Counted from the first letter of the stretch, positions 23,114-36,451 are shown. The stretch: DNA of 64,000 nucleotides from Eledone cirrhosa (GCA_964016885.1 OZ024741.1:283216001-283280000); one strand, 5' to 3'. A program made the numbers and translations. Notes: generated from the sequence alone by a model not told the origin.

Positions 23114-25261
23114 TTAACAAGAATTTTCAATTGAGCCATATTTGCATTTAGCAGTGGCTGGTTTTGGTTGACTAATGCAACAACATCGACTGGTCTGTTG
23201 ATTGAGAAGTGTGATGACTTGTTGTTGCTTAAAGTAAAACCAGACAATTAGAGAAAGAGACAAGCTAAGCACAAGTACAGCTAAGGAGTAGTAAAATACA
23301 TGAGAAGGTAACTGACTTTCCGAGGTCACACGAAGTGTGAATTCCAAGATGCAAAACTGTGGAAATATTGTAGCTAAAGCCATAATGTTGGCAGCTGACA
23401 AATGTACCTTTTTGTGAACATAGGACTTCTTGTGAATGAAATACAGGTTGTAACGATCAACACAATATTTGAGTATCATATAGAGACAACCAAATACTGA
23501 AATGATTGGGCAGAGGATGCTGTAGGTGATGACCACAGAGAATAAGCAGAGAAGATATGCATACTGCTGACCAAAGTCAAATTCAACAATGTCATATTTT
23601 CGAAATGCTCTTCTCTTAGCAACTGAACGGATTGTCACATAACGGTACAGGAGTGTAATTAATTCAGAAATTCTTAGGAGTTCAAGACCAGTTCCTGTCA
23701 GTGCTGAAAGTACAACATAGTTCACAAAAAAAACATTATTCGCCATTGTGAAAATGCACTGTATTTTCTTTGTCAAACTTTTTACAGATATCAAAAGTTC
23801 AAATGCTGTTAGGCCCAGTGATGGTAAGATAACCACTGTAAATAAAAGTGTCATGAATAAAGCTATCATGTTTTTTTTCTGTTGAGAACTTTTAGTCCAG
23901 CTCTTTAGGAATGCAACTGTATCTTTTACACATATTGGTAGTAGGTAGACTGTAATTTTGATCAGATAACTTGGTATAATGACAAACAAAAAGGAATTTG
24001 TCCCATTAATCTTTTCCAAATAAGAGGTAACAAGTGCTGGGCTTGTCACAATTAAACAGATGAAAAACAAAATAACTACAGCTAATACTGTTCTTATAAA
24101 TTTAGAGGAACGTGAGATTGACATATTTTGCCAGATAATATCCTCTTTAGTTGGAGCATAACTCACTAACCATTTTTTGGTGTTGAGTGCAGTACTGAAT
24201 TCTGATGTCATTATATGACGTCTGCACTTGGGAAATGTGTGAAAAGAAGAATATATAGACTCTGCTTCTTCCTCTGAAGCTATTTTCACAAATACCATCC
24301 TTAGTGGCTTTTTTTTAAGTTGGTTCATTTCCATGGCTCTCTCTGATAAAATAGTTTCCTCTGCTTCATCAAAATTATGGATATGGTCATTATTACTAAA
24401 GCATGAACTTACATTTTCTGATTCTTGGGAGGCTTCTGTATTTAAACCATTTTTGCAATGTTCTTTCATATGGCGAATGAGTTGAAGTTTCTCATCCAAT
24501 TTCAAGACTTTTCTGGTGTCATACACAGGTACTATCTTTTGAATAACAACACTTGGATATACCTTATTCAAATGATTTTCAATCAATTTATCAAAGTTTC
24601 CAACTAGGTGAATATTACTTATTATTAGGGTCTTTGATTTATTACTTGTCCATAAATGTTGTGAGAAACGAAGAAACAGGGATATGGTAGCTAGTAAATA
24701 CAACAGGGAAACTGTGACATGTAGCCACAGAAGATTTGAGTGAACATTAGCTATGGTTGTACTGCTCAGGCTGCTGGATGTACTGGATTGTCCCCCTATG
24801 TAATTAACAGGTAAGATTATCACAATAGTGAGGAATACTATGAAGAAAAGGTAGCCGATTAAATACCTTTGGAAATGTAAATAAGTCATAGCATCAGCTC
24901 CACATTTTTCTGTGATATCGCTGTCAGTGAGTCGCAGGAAAGCTCGGAACCAGGAAGTAAATTGATCAGTTTGGCGGAGATGCTCAGGAAATGAAGTATC
25001 AGTTGCTGTTGATTCACCACTCAACTGCAAGTCATTGAGAGATGATAAATCTGTCAGAGGTTTAGATTGGGGGATGTTACATGAAATGTCATATTGACGA
25101 TAATTCTTAATTAGTTTTGGTATGAGTGAAAATATTATCAAACAAGCAATCCAAATAACGGAATTCAAAGCAAAATTAAAAGCAATAGAATTATTAACAG
25201 TTTCACTACTTGTACTGTTGTCACAGTTGGACATATTTCCATTAAATGATACAGTCCACAT
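23114..25261 (-). CDS. TMEM63: TMEM63/OSCA (CSC1-like) mechanosensitive cation channel, single coding exon, 715 aa
   Basis: Uninterrupted ATG-to-stop ORF with about 11 hydrophobic segments and family motifs KCGADAMTYLHFQRYL, LPVNY, LLWLH, YAPTKEDIIWQNM, FFVNYVV...GLELLRI, EFDFGQQYA, CPIISVFG and KYCVDRYNLYF. Confidence 0.93.
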   Translation of the reverse strand: MWTVSFNGNMSNCDNSTSSETVNNSIAFNFALNSVIWIACLIIFSLIPKLIKNYRQYDISCNIPQSKPLTDLSSLNDLQLSGESTATDTSFPEHLRQTDQFTSWFRAFLRLTDSDITEKCGADAMTYLHFQRYLIGYLFFIVFLTIVIILPVNYIGGQSSTSSSLSSTTIANVHSNLLWLHVTVSLLYLLATISLFLRFSQHLWTSNKSKTLIISNIHLVGNFDKLIENHLNKVYPSVVIQKIVPVYDTRKVLKLDEKLQLIRHMKEHCKNGLNTEASQESENVSSCFSNNDHIHNFDEAEETILSERAMEMNQLKKKPLRMVFVKIASEEEAESIYSSFHTFPKCRRHIMTSEFSTALNTKKWLVSYAPTKEDIIWQNMSISRSSKFIRTVLAVVILFFICLIVTSPALVTSYLEKINGTNSFLFVIIPSYLIKITVYLLPICVKDTVAFLKSWTKSSQQKKNMIALFMTLLFTVVILPSLGLTAFELLISVKSLTKKIQCIFTMANNVFFVNYVVLSALTGTGLELLRISELITLLYRYVTIRSVAKRRAFRKYDIVEFDFGQQYAYLLCLFSVVITYSILCPIISVFGCLYMILKYCVDRYNLYFIHKKSYVHKKVHLSAANIMALATIFPQFCILEFTLRVTSESQLPSHVFYYSLAVLVLSLSLSLIVWFYFKQQQVITLLNQQTSRCCCISQPKPATAKCKYGSIENSC

Positions 25262-26212
25262 TGTATTTACTGGTGATATCTGTGCAGTTGGCCGAGACAG
25301 AAACGTTCATTCCAAGCTTTTCTTAGTATGATTACAATATTTCTTCAGGATTCTGCTGAGATTTAATATAATAATAGTTTAACTTTCTTTTCTGCTTTCA
25401 AATAACAACAGTGACATTATGTAAACTTTGTATTATAAAACATAATAGATTAGACATGTGATAAAAAGTAAAAGGTTCAGAACTGTGCGACTTAGATTAT
25501 AATAATAATCAGCATGTAATAGAGGTGTGTTGACATCCAGCAGCAGCAGCAGTAGTAGTAGTAGTAGATTTAAGAGATTTCAGCCATACCAATCAGATAC
25601 AATTTTATCTTAAAACAATTAAAGCAAAGTACATATCTATTTGTGAATTTCAATATTAGTCACACATATATTTCGATAGTAAAGTTAATTTCAGCATAGT
25701 AGTGACACTTTTACATTAAGCTAAATCTTTTTGATACCAAATAGCTTGAAACCTAAGGAATGAAAACAGGAGGGGCATAGAGAGAGTGTAGTGAGGGTGA
25801 GGATAGCTGTTAGGGAGTGCTAGTGAAAGGTGAATGGCTGAGGTGAATAGGAGTGAAGATAGTAGCTACTAGGGTGCAATAGTGAGGGTATTTAAGGGCT
25901 TTTGAGGGGGAAGCAGCTAAAGAGTGAATGCTGGAGGAGTCATGGGTGATGGTGAAGATAGCTGCTAGGGAGTATTAATGGAAGCAGGAGTGGACACAGG
26001 GATAAGTCAAATCACATTGTACAGTGTTGGCTGAGTCTTCACCAGCAAAGCATAGCGCCAATCCGCATGGTCCTGTCATTTGTGGCTCTTCCACAGTTTC
26101 CAGCCACTATGGTTTCTCTGTAATTTTTATGCAGCTACTATCTTCCTTATGCAAAGTCTCTATCAGTACTAGTAAAGCCAAGTAATACAAGAAAACTTCA
26201 ATCATATCTAGT

Positions 26213-26305
26213 TCCTAACTGCAGTTTCTAGAATCAAGAAACAATATTGACCATCTGGATAAATTATGACAAGCAATATTGGAAGAAGATCCCTTCATCA
26301 GAGGG
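26213..26305 (-). ncRNA. Type I hammerhead ribozyme-like motif with extended stem II
   Basis: Minus strand: CCT-CTGATGA-agggatc...caatattg...caatattg...gattcta-GAAA-CTGCAG-TT-AGG. The palindromic minimal stem III (ACTGCAGT) is typical of Penelope-like hammerheads; the GUU triplet is suboptimal. Confidence 0.6.
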
Positions 26306-26331
26306 TTTCTATGAAAGTAGAAATAAAATAA

Positions 26332-26522
26332 TTGTTTCTTCTTTTGGCACAAAGCCAGCAATTATCCCAGTGCATTACTGGTACTTTATTTTATCGGCCC
26401 CGTAAAGATGAAAGGCAAAGTTAACCTTGGTGGGATTTGAACTCAGACTGTAAAAAAAGCGTAACTCTATGCTGCAAAGCATGGTGTCTGACCCTCTACT
26501 GATACTGCCAATCCAGCACCCA
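26332..26522 (-). mobile_element. tRNA-derived SINE with TSD
   Basis: Family core and B box; gtagaaataaaataat is duplicated on both sides. Confidence 0.85.
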
Positions 26523-27339
26523 TGTAGAAATAAAATAATATTCACCTATTAGTAAACAGAGTTTAATCTTACCAAACCAGCATGGTGTATAAATTACATG
26601 CATGCATAGTTTGAACATCTAAATAAATATCTGTATATCAAGGACAATATAACATGTCCGTAATGATGCTAGAAATAGCACCTATAAAACACATCTATAG
26701 CATCTCAACACTCAAGTAGTACATACATTATTTTATGTTTATATATACATATATTCTCTAAATTTATTTTGCTAAAGTCTCCTATTTATGAAAATATATA
26801 CATATATGGAGTGTCTGCAATGCAAAGACCAGGAAGACCACAGATCAGAGTATTATTTGATGCAGAGTGAGATATTAATGGGATAGAGGTCTGGATAGTT
26901 ACAGCTTGTAACCTCTCGAAGCTTCTTCAAAGTACTTTCATTAATAAATATATGTATTTAATTAAGGATGGTAAATGACCATAATAGTTATGGGTTCATA
27001 TAACATACGTATGCATGTGTGTATTTGTTTGCAAAATTTTGATGTAAAATCATGTTCTGAAACAAATATTGTTATACTTTAGGAGTGTCAATCTACCAAT
27101 AAAAACACACAGACCAGTTGAGTTTCACTTCAATTTTTTATTATTAGTCAGGTAACTAATCCATTCCTTGGTTAGTTTAGTAAACAGATGTTTATGTATT
27201 TATCAAATCTCGTCGCACATTGTGACCTTCTCAATGACTGTTCCTGCTCCTCATAGTTTTGATTATTTTTTATTTACTGCATCTTGTCTTCAAGTGGATG
27301 CATGTGGTATTCTACACATGCACATAATATATATATACA

Positions 27340-28085
27340 CTGTTCACCCTGTATAGTGGTTGTGCTGGTGCCACGACAAAACCACCCAGCCCACCATGTA
27401 AGGTGGTAGTGCTGGGGTCATGACAAAAAGCACCTATTCTACCATGTAAGGTGGTTGTACTAATGCCACAACAAAACTACCTAGCCTATCATGTAAGGTA
27501 GTAATGTTGTTGCCACAACAAAAAAGTACCTAATCCATCCTGTAAGGTGGTAGTGCTAGTGCCATGACAAAAAGTGCCCAGTCCACCTACTAAGGTGGTA
27601 GGGCTGGTGCCATGACAACAAACACCCAATAAGGCAGTTGTACTGGTGTCATGACAAAACCCTCTGGTTGCTGCTGTAAGATGATAGTGCTGGTTCCACA
27701 ACAGAAACAACCCAGTTCACCCTGTATTGTGATCGTACTGGTGCTACAACAAAACTATCCAGTGCACTCTGTATAGTGGTAATACTGGTGCTACAACAAA
27801 AAGCATCTATTCCACTATGTAAGGTGACTTCCCAATTCATCCCGTAAGGTGGTTGTGTTGGTGTTATGACAAAAAAAAGCACCTATTGCACCATGTAAAG
27901 TGGTCATACTGATGTCACGATAAAACTGCCCAGTCCACAAGGTGGTGGTGCTGGTGCCAGAAAAAGTTTACAGTCTACTGAGCGTATGAGTAAGACATGA
28001 TCATCTGACCTGTTTAGCATAACATAACAGCCCATCTAAACAATGTAAGAATGGAAAATGGACATTAACCATTGATGATGAGTGT
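27340..28085 (+). repeat. RTE 3'UTR-derived 48-bp minisatellite (more than 10 degenerate units) with RTE tail
   Basis: Repeated acaaaa...cccagtcca...gtaaggtggt...tgctggtg units ending atggaaaatggacattaa...gatgatga. Similar arrays occur at 37340-37805 and 42490-42730. Confidence 0.8.
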
Positions 28086-28663
28086 TAGCAGCACGGGAGG
28101 TAAATTTCCAATAATTACACAACTTTACATGAAGATTCTACAGACAGTTTCATCATCATCATCATCTTCGTTTAACGTCCATCTTCCATGCTAGCATGGG
28201 TTAGTTTATTTTTATATATTAATACACTGAATAAAACTCAATATATATATATATATATATATATTTAAAATAGTGGGCACAGAAGACAAAGACAATAGAA
28301 AAAACATTGGAAAGATGGACAGTTTCATCTACTCAGTCAGTTTTGGTTGATACCATTCATTCCAGAACATTTTGAGACATAACAAAACAGGTAGAGACAA
28401 GTTGTGCCTTTAGGCAAATTACAGAAATATAGATGAAAAACTATCCCTAAGAAGGGAGAGAACAGTGCGTGAGTGCTTAGCCAAAGGAGAAAAAAAATAT
28501 AGGATGGAAATAGTAAAACAAAAGAGAATAATAATATGGTATGTAGTCCAACAAAGGTATATTTTATTACAGAAATGACTGACATTTGTAAGAATGATGA
28601 TTTCGTACGAATGAAACAATTCTAGTCCCATAGAAGTCATTTCTATAATTATATATATATATT

Positions 28664-28968
28664 ATAAAGTAAAATTACAGGAGGACAGACAGCCAGGTTG
28701 AATTTCCCTAATTATTTATTTCTGCAAATACTGTGCACATTTCAGTGGCCAGGTTGTGTAAGAACCCGGTGACAACTTCAACTGTAAATTGCATAATAGA
28801 TGAATACCAACGGAATGATGGTAAACACATTCCAAGAGGCTTTAAGGAAAAAGGAAAAGTTGTCACCAGGTTCTTACACAACCTGGCCACTGAAATGTGC
28901 ATAGTATTTGCAGAAATAAATAATTAGGGAAATTCAACCTGTCTGGCCTCCTCTCATTTTACTTATAT
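28664..28968. repeat. Hairpin with about 115-bp arms and a 78-nt loop
   Basis: caggttgaatttccctaattatt...ggtgacaactt pairs with aagttgtcacc...gggaaattcaacctg; flanked by TA-rich runs. Confidence 0.9.
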
Positions 28969-31084
28969 AATATAATATATTTGACTCTGTTCTTGCATCA
29001 CCAACATGCATTAACATCAAAGATGGATGAGTTGCATTATGTTGAGTGCTTTTTCTCATATTACATCATGATGAACATTGCATAATGACCAATTCTACCC
29101 AGTGGTAAACCACCAAATTTGATTATATATATATATATATATATATATACGTACGTACATGCATATACAAACAAGATAAAAAGTTACCTCATTTTCTTTG
29201 TGGCCCTGGCCGCTTTTTGCCATATATATATATATATACATATATATGAAGAACTCAGAGTTGTACGGGAGCCTCCCAAAAGTGACACAGAGGAGACTGA
29301 GGTTAGCTGGACATGCTCACCGACATTCAGAGTTGACACTGCATTCAGTGTGTCCCCTGCATGGACACACTGGAAGAGGAAGACTGAGGTTAACATATGT
29401 TGATACTCTAAGGACATACACTGGTCTCTTGGAGACACAGCACATGGCAGTGATAATAGGGACAGAGACCGCTGGAGAGAACTCATCTCGGGAATTTTAC
29501 CCGCACTAGATAGATATATATATATACAGAGAGAGAGAGAGAGAGAATTATATATACACACACACATATATATATAATAAATGTGTATACACACACAAAC
29601 ACATGCACATATATATAGTTGTTTCGTAATTATGTTGATTACTGTAGGTTACACCAATATGAGCACTCAATGATATAGCAGAGTGTATATATTATGTATG
29701 CATCAGAAAACAAAATTTTACTTTAAAATGTCATTGCATATCAAATGTTACTTATGTTTCACAGACGAGATGACTGACTCTAGGACTTCAACAATTAGAT
29801 AAACCTGACTCCAACATCGTTCTGCTCATCTGAGATAAAAATGTTTTGAGTACACACACATATATATATATAATATTTGTATATATGTTTATGTTTATAT
29901 ATATAAATATTTGTGCATATGTATGTATTTATATATACATATATATTTGTACATATGTATATATATATTGTATTTAAACATATAGTATATGCTTTCATAT
30001 ATATATATATACACACACACATACATATATATATATATTAAAGAAATATTAAGACAAGGATTATTATTAAAACATTTAGTAGGCATACAACCGTTTCACT
30101 AGATTAAACAAGGGGAATTTTTATATTACGTACATAAGAATTCAAACCACCCCAATCAATTATCAAATATATCATTAATAATGTATTTTGTAGAATATCT
30201 AGACTTTTGGCTAGCAAAGTATTTTAGACTAGAACACTCAATACTATAATAAAGTACTTGTAGATCAGGATAAATCAAAAAAATTATAGTTTAGCCCAAC
30301 TACAAGGGTTGTTAATAATATCCTTACTAGTGAAAGTAATTCCAAGCCTTTCCTTAATAACATTAATGTTAAGGAAAATAGTAAATATAACAAGCACAGG
30401 ACAAAAAACTCCTAGTAAAGCCAAGACTAGTGGAAATAATATCAATAACGATAAAATTGGTAAGAATACTAATATTAATAGCAACCAAATTGAACTTCTT
30501 GATAAACCCTACTTGTATGCTAACACTAGTGTTGTAATACATAATACTGTAAACAACAATTAATCACAAACATCCAGCAAATACATATTTCTCTGAATGC
30601 TGTAAGAATGGAGGGGTTAGAACTAAATGCAATCTTTGTTTAACTGAAGCATTAGAAATAGTAAGTTAAAAAATTATCCTTCTCAATTAAAAGAATAAAA
30701 TAATCTCTTCCTGTCCACACAAAACATTTTACTTTCTTTTACAAGCATTTTGATCCAAATTAATTATACCCATTACACATGTTGAAGTATTTTATGAAAA
30801 CTTAAAATTTTTAATCATATATACCTTTATATCCTACATTAAATAATCTTATAAAATTCATAATTGATAGCCCGCTTTTAGATTACTAATTTTATAATGA
30901 ACATTAATTTTTAATTCCTATGTCTTAAATATGTGTGTGTGTGTGTGTGTCTGCGTATATATATAATATATATATACGCAGACACACACACACATATATA
31001 TATATATATTTTTCTTTCTTGTCACTATTCAGTCTCTATTTATCGTGTAATTATAACTCCATTTAAATTACATTCCTATCTCAT

Positions 31085-33595
31085 TCCCGGCTCAAGAAAT
31101 GAAGAAGGAGTGAGACTTCTTGAATTTTGTGATGCAAGTACACTGACTATTTGCAACACTAACTTCCAGACACCTGCCAACCACCTAATAACCTACAAAT
31201 CAGGCGAGCACATAAGCCAGATTGGCTTCTTACTAGTTAGGCAGCGGGACAGGCAGATGGTGTCAAATACCAAGGCATACCCAGGGGAAGAATGTACCCC
31301 CACAGCATAGGTTAGTCATTAGTGATATCTCAGTAAGCAAGAGATGGAATGAGACATACAGGAAGGTGTGGAGAAGAAAGGTCAAGGAAGCTAAAAGACC
31401 TTTCACTAAAATACAAATTTAGGAAAGCCCTTCAAGATGTATATGACGAAAAAGAAGACGATTTAGAGTCATATGACAGATAATAACTGGAATTTCTTAC
31501 GTGACAACTTCCTGCAGGCTACTGATGAAACTTGTGGCTGGAGCAGAGCTCCAACCAGACAGAGAGTGACCTGGTGGTGGAACAGCACAGTAGATAGGGC
31601 CTTTAGAGACAAAAGACTATCATGGAAGCTTGGAAAAAGGGTGGGAGTAGAGAAGGATATACAGCCGCTAAGAGAGAAGCTAGACGTCAGGTGTACTTAG
31701 CACGCAGGGAGGCTGAGAGTAGGAGGTTTGCCAATGTTCTGCGACGGGAAGATCAGAGGCGTGCGGTGTTCCACATTGCAAGGCAGTGTGTCAATGCAAA
31801 TCAGGATGTTGTTGGAGATAAATGTGTCACGAATGATCAGAAAAAGGAGGCCTGGAAATGTCATTATGAGAGACTGATGAATGTGGAGAATGAATGGGAG
31901 AGAGAGATTACCCTCAGTAGATCCGACAGAGGAACCAGCTATTGAGATTGATGAATATAGGGTCCAAGAGGCGATTAAGGAAATGAAAAATGGTAAGGCT
32001 GCTGGACCATCGGGGATAGTTGCTGAGATGCTGAAGGCATCAGGGATCGTAGGCACTAAACTGATTGCACGCATCATCAATGAGGTTATATATGGTGGTG
32101 TCATACCCAAAGACTGGTGCAGCAGTATTCTCATAAATTGCTACAAAGATAAAGGGGATGCTCTGGAGAGGAGCAATTATAGGGGTATAAAACTGATGGA
32201 TCAGGTTATGAAAGTGGCAGAAAGGATATTAACACAATTAATTAGAGAAAGGATCAAAATAGATGAGATGCAATTTGGTTTTGTGCCTGGGAAAAGTACA
32301 ACAGATGCCCTCTTCTTGGTGAGACAATTACAAGAGAGGTTCTTAGAGGCCTTTGATAGAGTACCCCAATCTGTCATCTGGTGGTCCCTAAGGAAACTAG
32401 GTGTTGAGGAATGGCTTGTGAGGACAGTGCAAACTTTGTACAGAGGTGCTGTCAGTAAAGTCAGGGTAGGAATGGAGTTTAGTGAGGAATTCCAGATACA
32501 AGTAGGAGTACATCAAGGTTCGGTCCTCAGCCTGCTCTTGTTCATTATAGTCCTCCAAGCCATAACAGAAGAGTTTAAGAGTGGCTGTCCATGGGAAATT
32601 CTCTATGCTGATGATCTGGTTCTTATAGCAGAATCAGTAGAGGAGCTAGAGAAACAGCAGAGAAACAGCTATGGAAACAGCAGTTGGAAGCAAGAGAACT
32701 GAGAGTGAACCTAACTAAGACAAAAGTGTTGATGAGTAGAAAAGAGGACAAAACTCTGATTCCATCAGGGAAATGGCCATGTTCGATATGCAGAAAAAGA
32801 ACTGGCATAAATTCTATAAAATGCACACAATGCAGATCCTGGGTACATAAGAGATGTAATGGGATAGCAGGCAAACTAACAGGTAAGGAGAAATATGTAT
32901 ACAGTAGATGTACAGGGAAATTAGACAGTAGAAGTCGCATTGATAGACACATTTTTCCAATGCAGGCGGGTGCTATAGAAGTGATGAATAGCTTCCGGTA
33001 CCTAGGAGATCAGATTAGCATGTGTTCCGAGGCCATAGTATCTAGAATAAGGACGGGTTGGAAGAAGTTTAGGGAGCTGCTTGCTCTGCTGACTAAGAAG
33101 GGTTTCTCCCTGCGTACGAAAGGCCGGTTATATGATGCCTGTGTGAGGAGCGCAATGCTACATGGTAGTGAGACATGGGCAGCAACTACAGAGGATATGC
33201 GATGGCTGGAGAGAAATGAGGCAAGCATGCTCCGTTGGATGTGCAATGTCAATGTGCATGAACGACCCAGCATGGATGTGTTAAGAGAGGAACTGTGTCT
33301 GAGAGGGATAGAACGTAGTGTGCGAGAGAGGAGACTGCGGTGGTATGGACATGTAATGCGCATAGAGGATGATCGATAGGTGAAGAAGTGCCAGGAAATG
33401 CCAGTTGAAGGAAGACGTGGTAGAGGTAGACCACAAAAAACATGAGCGGAGGTGGTGAAAACAGACCTCAGATCGCTGAAGCCCACTGTGGAGATGACGA
33501 AGGACCGTGACAAGTGGAGAGATGCTGTGCTGAATAAGACCTGTCCCACCCTTGCAAGCAGGGAAAAGCAGACGTAAAATGATGATGATGATGAT
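31085..33595 (+). mobile_element. 5'-truncated RTE-clade LINE (different subfamily)
   Basis: ORF fragments 30933-33379 contain the APE end, RT (QGSVLS, LYADD) and a PHD-like finger; (GAT)n tail at about 33579-33595. Confidence 0.92.
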
Positions 33596-34368
33596 CTCTA
33601 TATTTAGAGTAGATTATCTCCCTTGTACTGATATAATTTAATAAAATTTGACTGAGCATTTATATTCAATTACTGAATATATATTATAATCAGTGAAATA
33701 TCAAGAGTTACTGTATCTTAAATATATCAGAAATATTGCCATTTTAGGCTTCCATAATTTTAATGTTCTCTTTAAATGTTATTTACAACTTTCCTTATTA
33801 AGTCAGATTTCACCCACTTCTATATTAAAACATGCAAGGTAAATTATTTTAATGTAATTGGACTCTGACGATATATTCTTCCAGGAATAAACTTTCTTTT
33901 ATTCCTGGTTAGTCTAGTGAAATAGTTGTAAGTCTATTAAATGTTTTAATAATAATCCATTCCATTATATTTGTTTTTTATATGTATGTTCTGTGAAATT
34001 ATAACATTACTGTAGTTAGAGTTTACCCATTGGATTAAATTTTAGGCAGTTTATTTCTCTTCATGTTATGTATTGTAAAATTATTGAGCTTTAAAATTTC
34101 TTGGTCATATATGTTATTGTATTCTCAACTTATTCTAATATATATGTATATATAACGGAGTAGTTGTGATAAGGAACCAGATGGACCATAACGCACCAGA
34201 GTACTCAATACTTAGGGTAGTAGAGTGGGTAATAGGAGAAAGTATGACCCCGACGCAGAGCTCAAGCCGTTTCGACGGCTATTTCTGGACTAATCTGATG
34301 CTGAACAAGTAATATTTACTAGTCGGGGTCATACTTTCTCATATATATATATATATATATACATATAT

Positions 34369-34510
34369 AAAATATGTAGTTTAAAAAGCCACAACAATGC
34401 AGATGGGAAATCTCGAGGTAGGAAGTGAGTGAGAAATAGGAGAAAAGTGAAAATTGAGAGAAACGAGATTTCCCATCTGCATTGTTGTGGCTTTCTAAGC
34501 TACATATTTT
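34369..34510. repeat. Hairpin with about 47-bp arms and a 48-nt purine-rich loop
   Basis: aaagccacaacaatgcagatgggaaatctcg pairs with cgagatttcccatctgcattgttgtggcttt. Confidence 0.9.
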
Positions 34511-35244
34511 ACATATTTCACAATGCTTCAAGCAAACTTTAACACCCTCTTATCATATACATATATATATTATAGGAGCTAATGCCTGACAGCCAAGCTT
34601 AAACTGTTTTGATAGTGGTCTTAACTAGTAATATCTCATTCATATATATACACACTTACACACATATATATATATATACTGTATGTGCAAAACATGGTCG
34701 CTTGATCTGGCTTTTCTCACAACAGGCCAGCTTGTCTAATCCATGCTAGTTGGAAAAATGAACATTAAATGATGATGATGATATGTGTGTGTGTGTGTGT
34801 GTGTACATATAATATACATACATAAACATAATATAAAAGACAAAAATCTCCAAAAATATGAAACACAAACCAGGACTCAGACACAGATGGTAGCACAATC
34901 AATTCATCACTTATTAGAGTTGTCTTCTCCTGTTTGTTCCATTTAGTTTGTTCTTTCATGTATGGCACCTGGAGTAGTGTAGCGTGTTCAATGTCAATGT
35001 TAATTTTTACACAATTATTAGCCAGGTATGGTAGATAGAGCAGCCAAATCCCACCTCAAACTACACTGTAATATCTTGAACAAGGAAAAACAGATACATT
35101 GGATAATAATGTAGTTGTAGATGGATAGCTGTAGAAAGAAAGATGAGATGGTCACAGCTGGAACGTCATTGATCATAGGTCTTCTCGGTGTGTACTAATC
35201 TGATGCTGAACAAGTAATATTTACTGTCAATGAACACAAAATTA

Positions 35245-35678
35245 TGATTTCTAATTTTGGTACTAACCCAGTGATTTGCAAGAAGGGAAAAGTTGATTAT
35301 ATCAATCCCAGTATTTGACTAGTACCTTATTTTATTGATACCCCCCTCCCTTCCCCAGAAAGACGAAAGGCAAAGTTGACTGTGGCAAGATTTGAACTCA
35401 GAATGTAAAGAGGCAGAAGAAATACTTAAGTAATTTTTCCCCGATGCTTTTCCAATTCAAGGCAATCCACTGCTCTCATTGAACACAACATAATTGTTTC
35501 TACTTTTGGCACAAGGCCAGCAATTATCCCAGTACATTACTGGTACTTTATTTTATCGACCCCGTAAGGATGAAAGGCAAAGTTAACCTTGGCGGGAATT
35601 GAACTCAGATCGTAAAGGGACGTAACTATGCTGGAAAGCATGTCCGACCCTCTACCGATACTGCCAATTCACCGCCCA
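35245..35678 (-). mobile_element. Two tandem tRNA-derived SINEs
   Basis: Two family cores; the second copy is flanked by TSD aacacaacataat. Confidence 0.85.
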
Positions 35679-36125
35679 ACACAACATAATAAATGACAAA
35701 CAGTTATGAGTTGGTTTAACAAGTCACCTTTATAAACACCCTGATGGGGATATCTGGACAACTCAACATTGAATTATTTTAACGTGTCTCCTTTATAAAC
35801 TCTCTGAAAGGGACAGCGAGACAATTCAACATTGAGGGTAAAAAAGAGGAAAAAACATGAAAAAATTGTATTCTTTACAAAATAATAGAAAAAAAGAAAA
35901 CGTTTTTCGGCTCTGTAGGGGTTCTCCAGACTCTACACTAGATGTTTCTACATCTGTTGCAGTGTCCTCCAGATGTTCAATACAGGCAAACTGACAGCCA
36001 GGCAGGCAGTACATCAGATAAGCTTCATTTCTGCATTTAGATATGGTATGGGGGGTTGGGGATTGGGACAAAACAAAACAAAAAATAAGAAAAGAGGGAG
36101 AAAGGGAGAGAGAGAATAAAATAAG

Positions 36126-36451
36126 TTAAGGACTGTAGGCAGGTGGTGGTACCATAGGAGTCATGGAAGCAATCTCTGGTAGTGGTCCAGGTGGATAAAA
36201 TACCTGCTCCAGTCGGTCATAGTCATCAAGTAGTGGTTCTGGGTCAGAGGTGACACGTACTGGGTAGTGACGGAGACAATTACAAGCTGTGCCAAGAACA
36301 GCAAGGCCACCAGCTGTTGCAATCAGGTAGAAGGAAACGGAGAAAGTCACAGAAACACGGTTGCCTGGATATGGTTTGGTGTTCAGCTGTAAATCTTTTA
36401 CTTCGATTGTCAATAGATAACATAGCCCGTTAATTAGGACACAGATGATTA
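36126..36451 (-). CDS. TMEM127: TMEM127 homologue, last coding exon
   Basis: Acceptor tttcatttcag|TA (phase 1); IICVLINGLCY...VSVTFSVSFYLIATAGGLAVLGTACNCLRHYP...PPPAYSP matches the TMEM127 C-terminus with terminal PPxY. Confidence 0.9.

Noticed and set aside
27340-28085. Regularly spaced repeats resembling a CRISPR array (also 37340-37805)
   Set aside because: Units are degenerate along their whole length with no unique spacers; they derive from the RTE 3' UTR; eukaryotic context with no cas genes.
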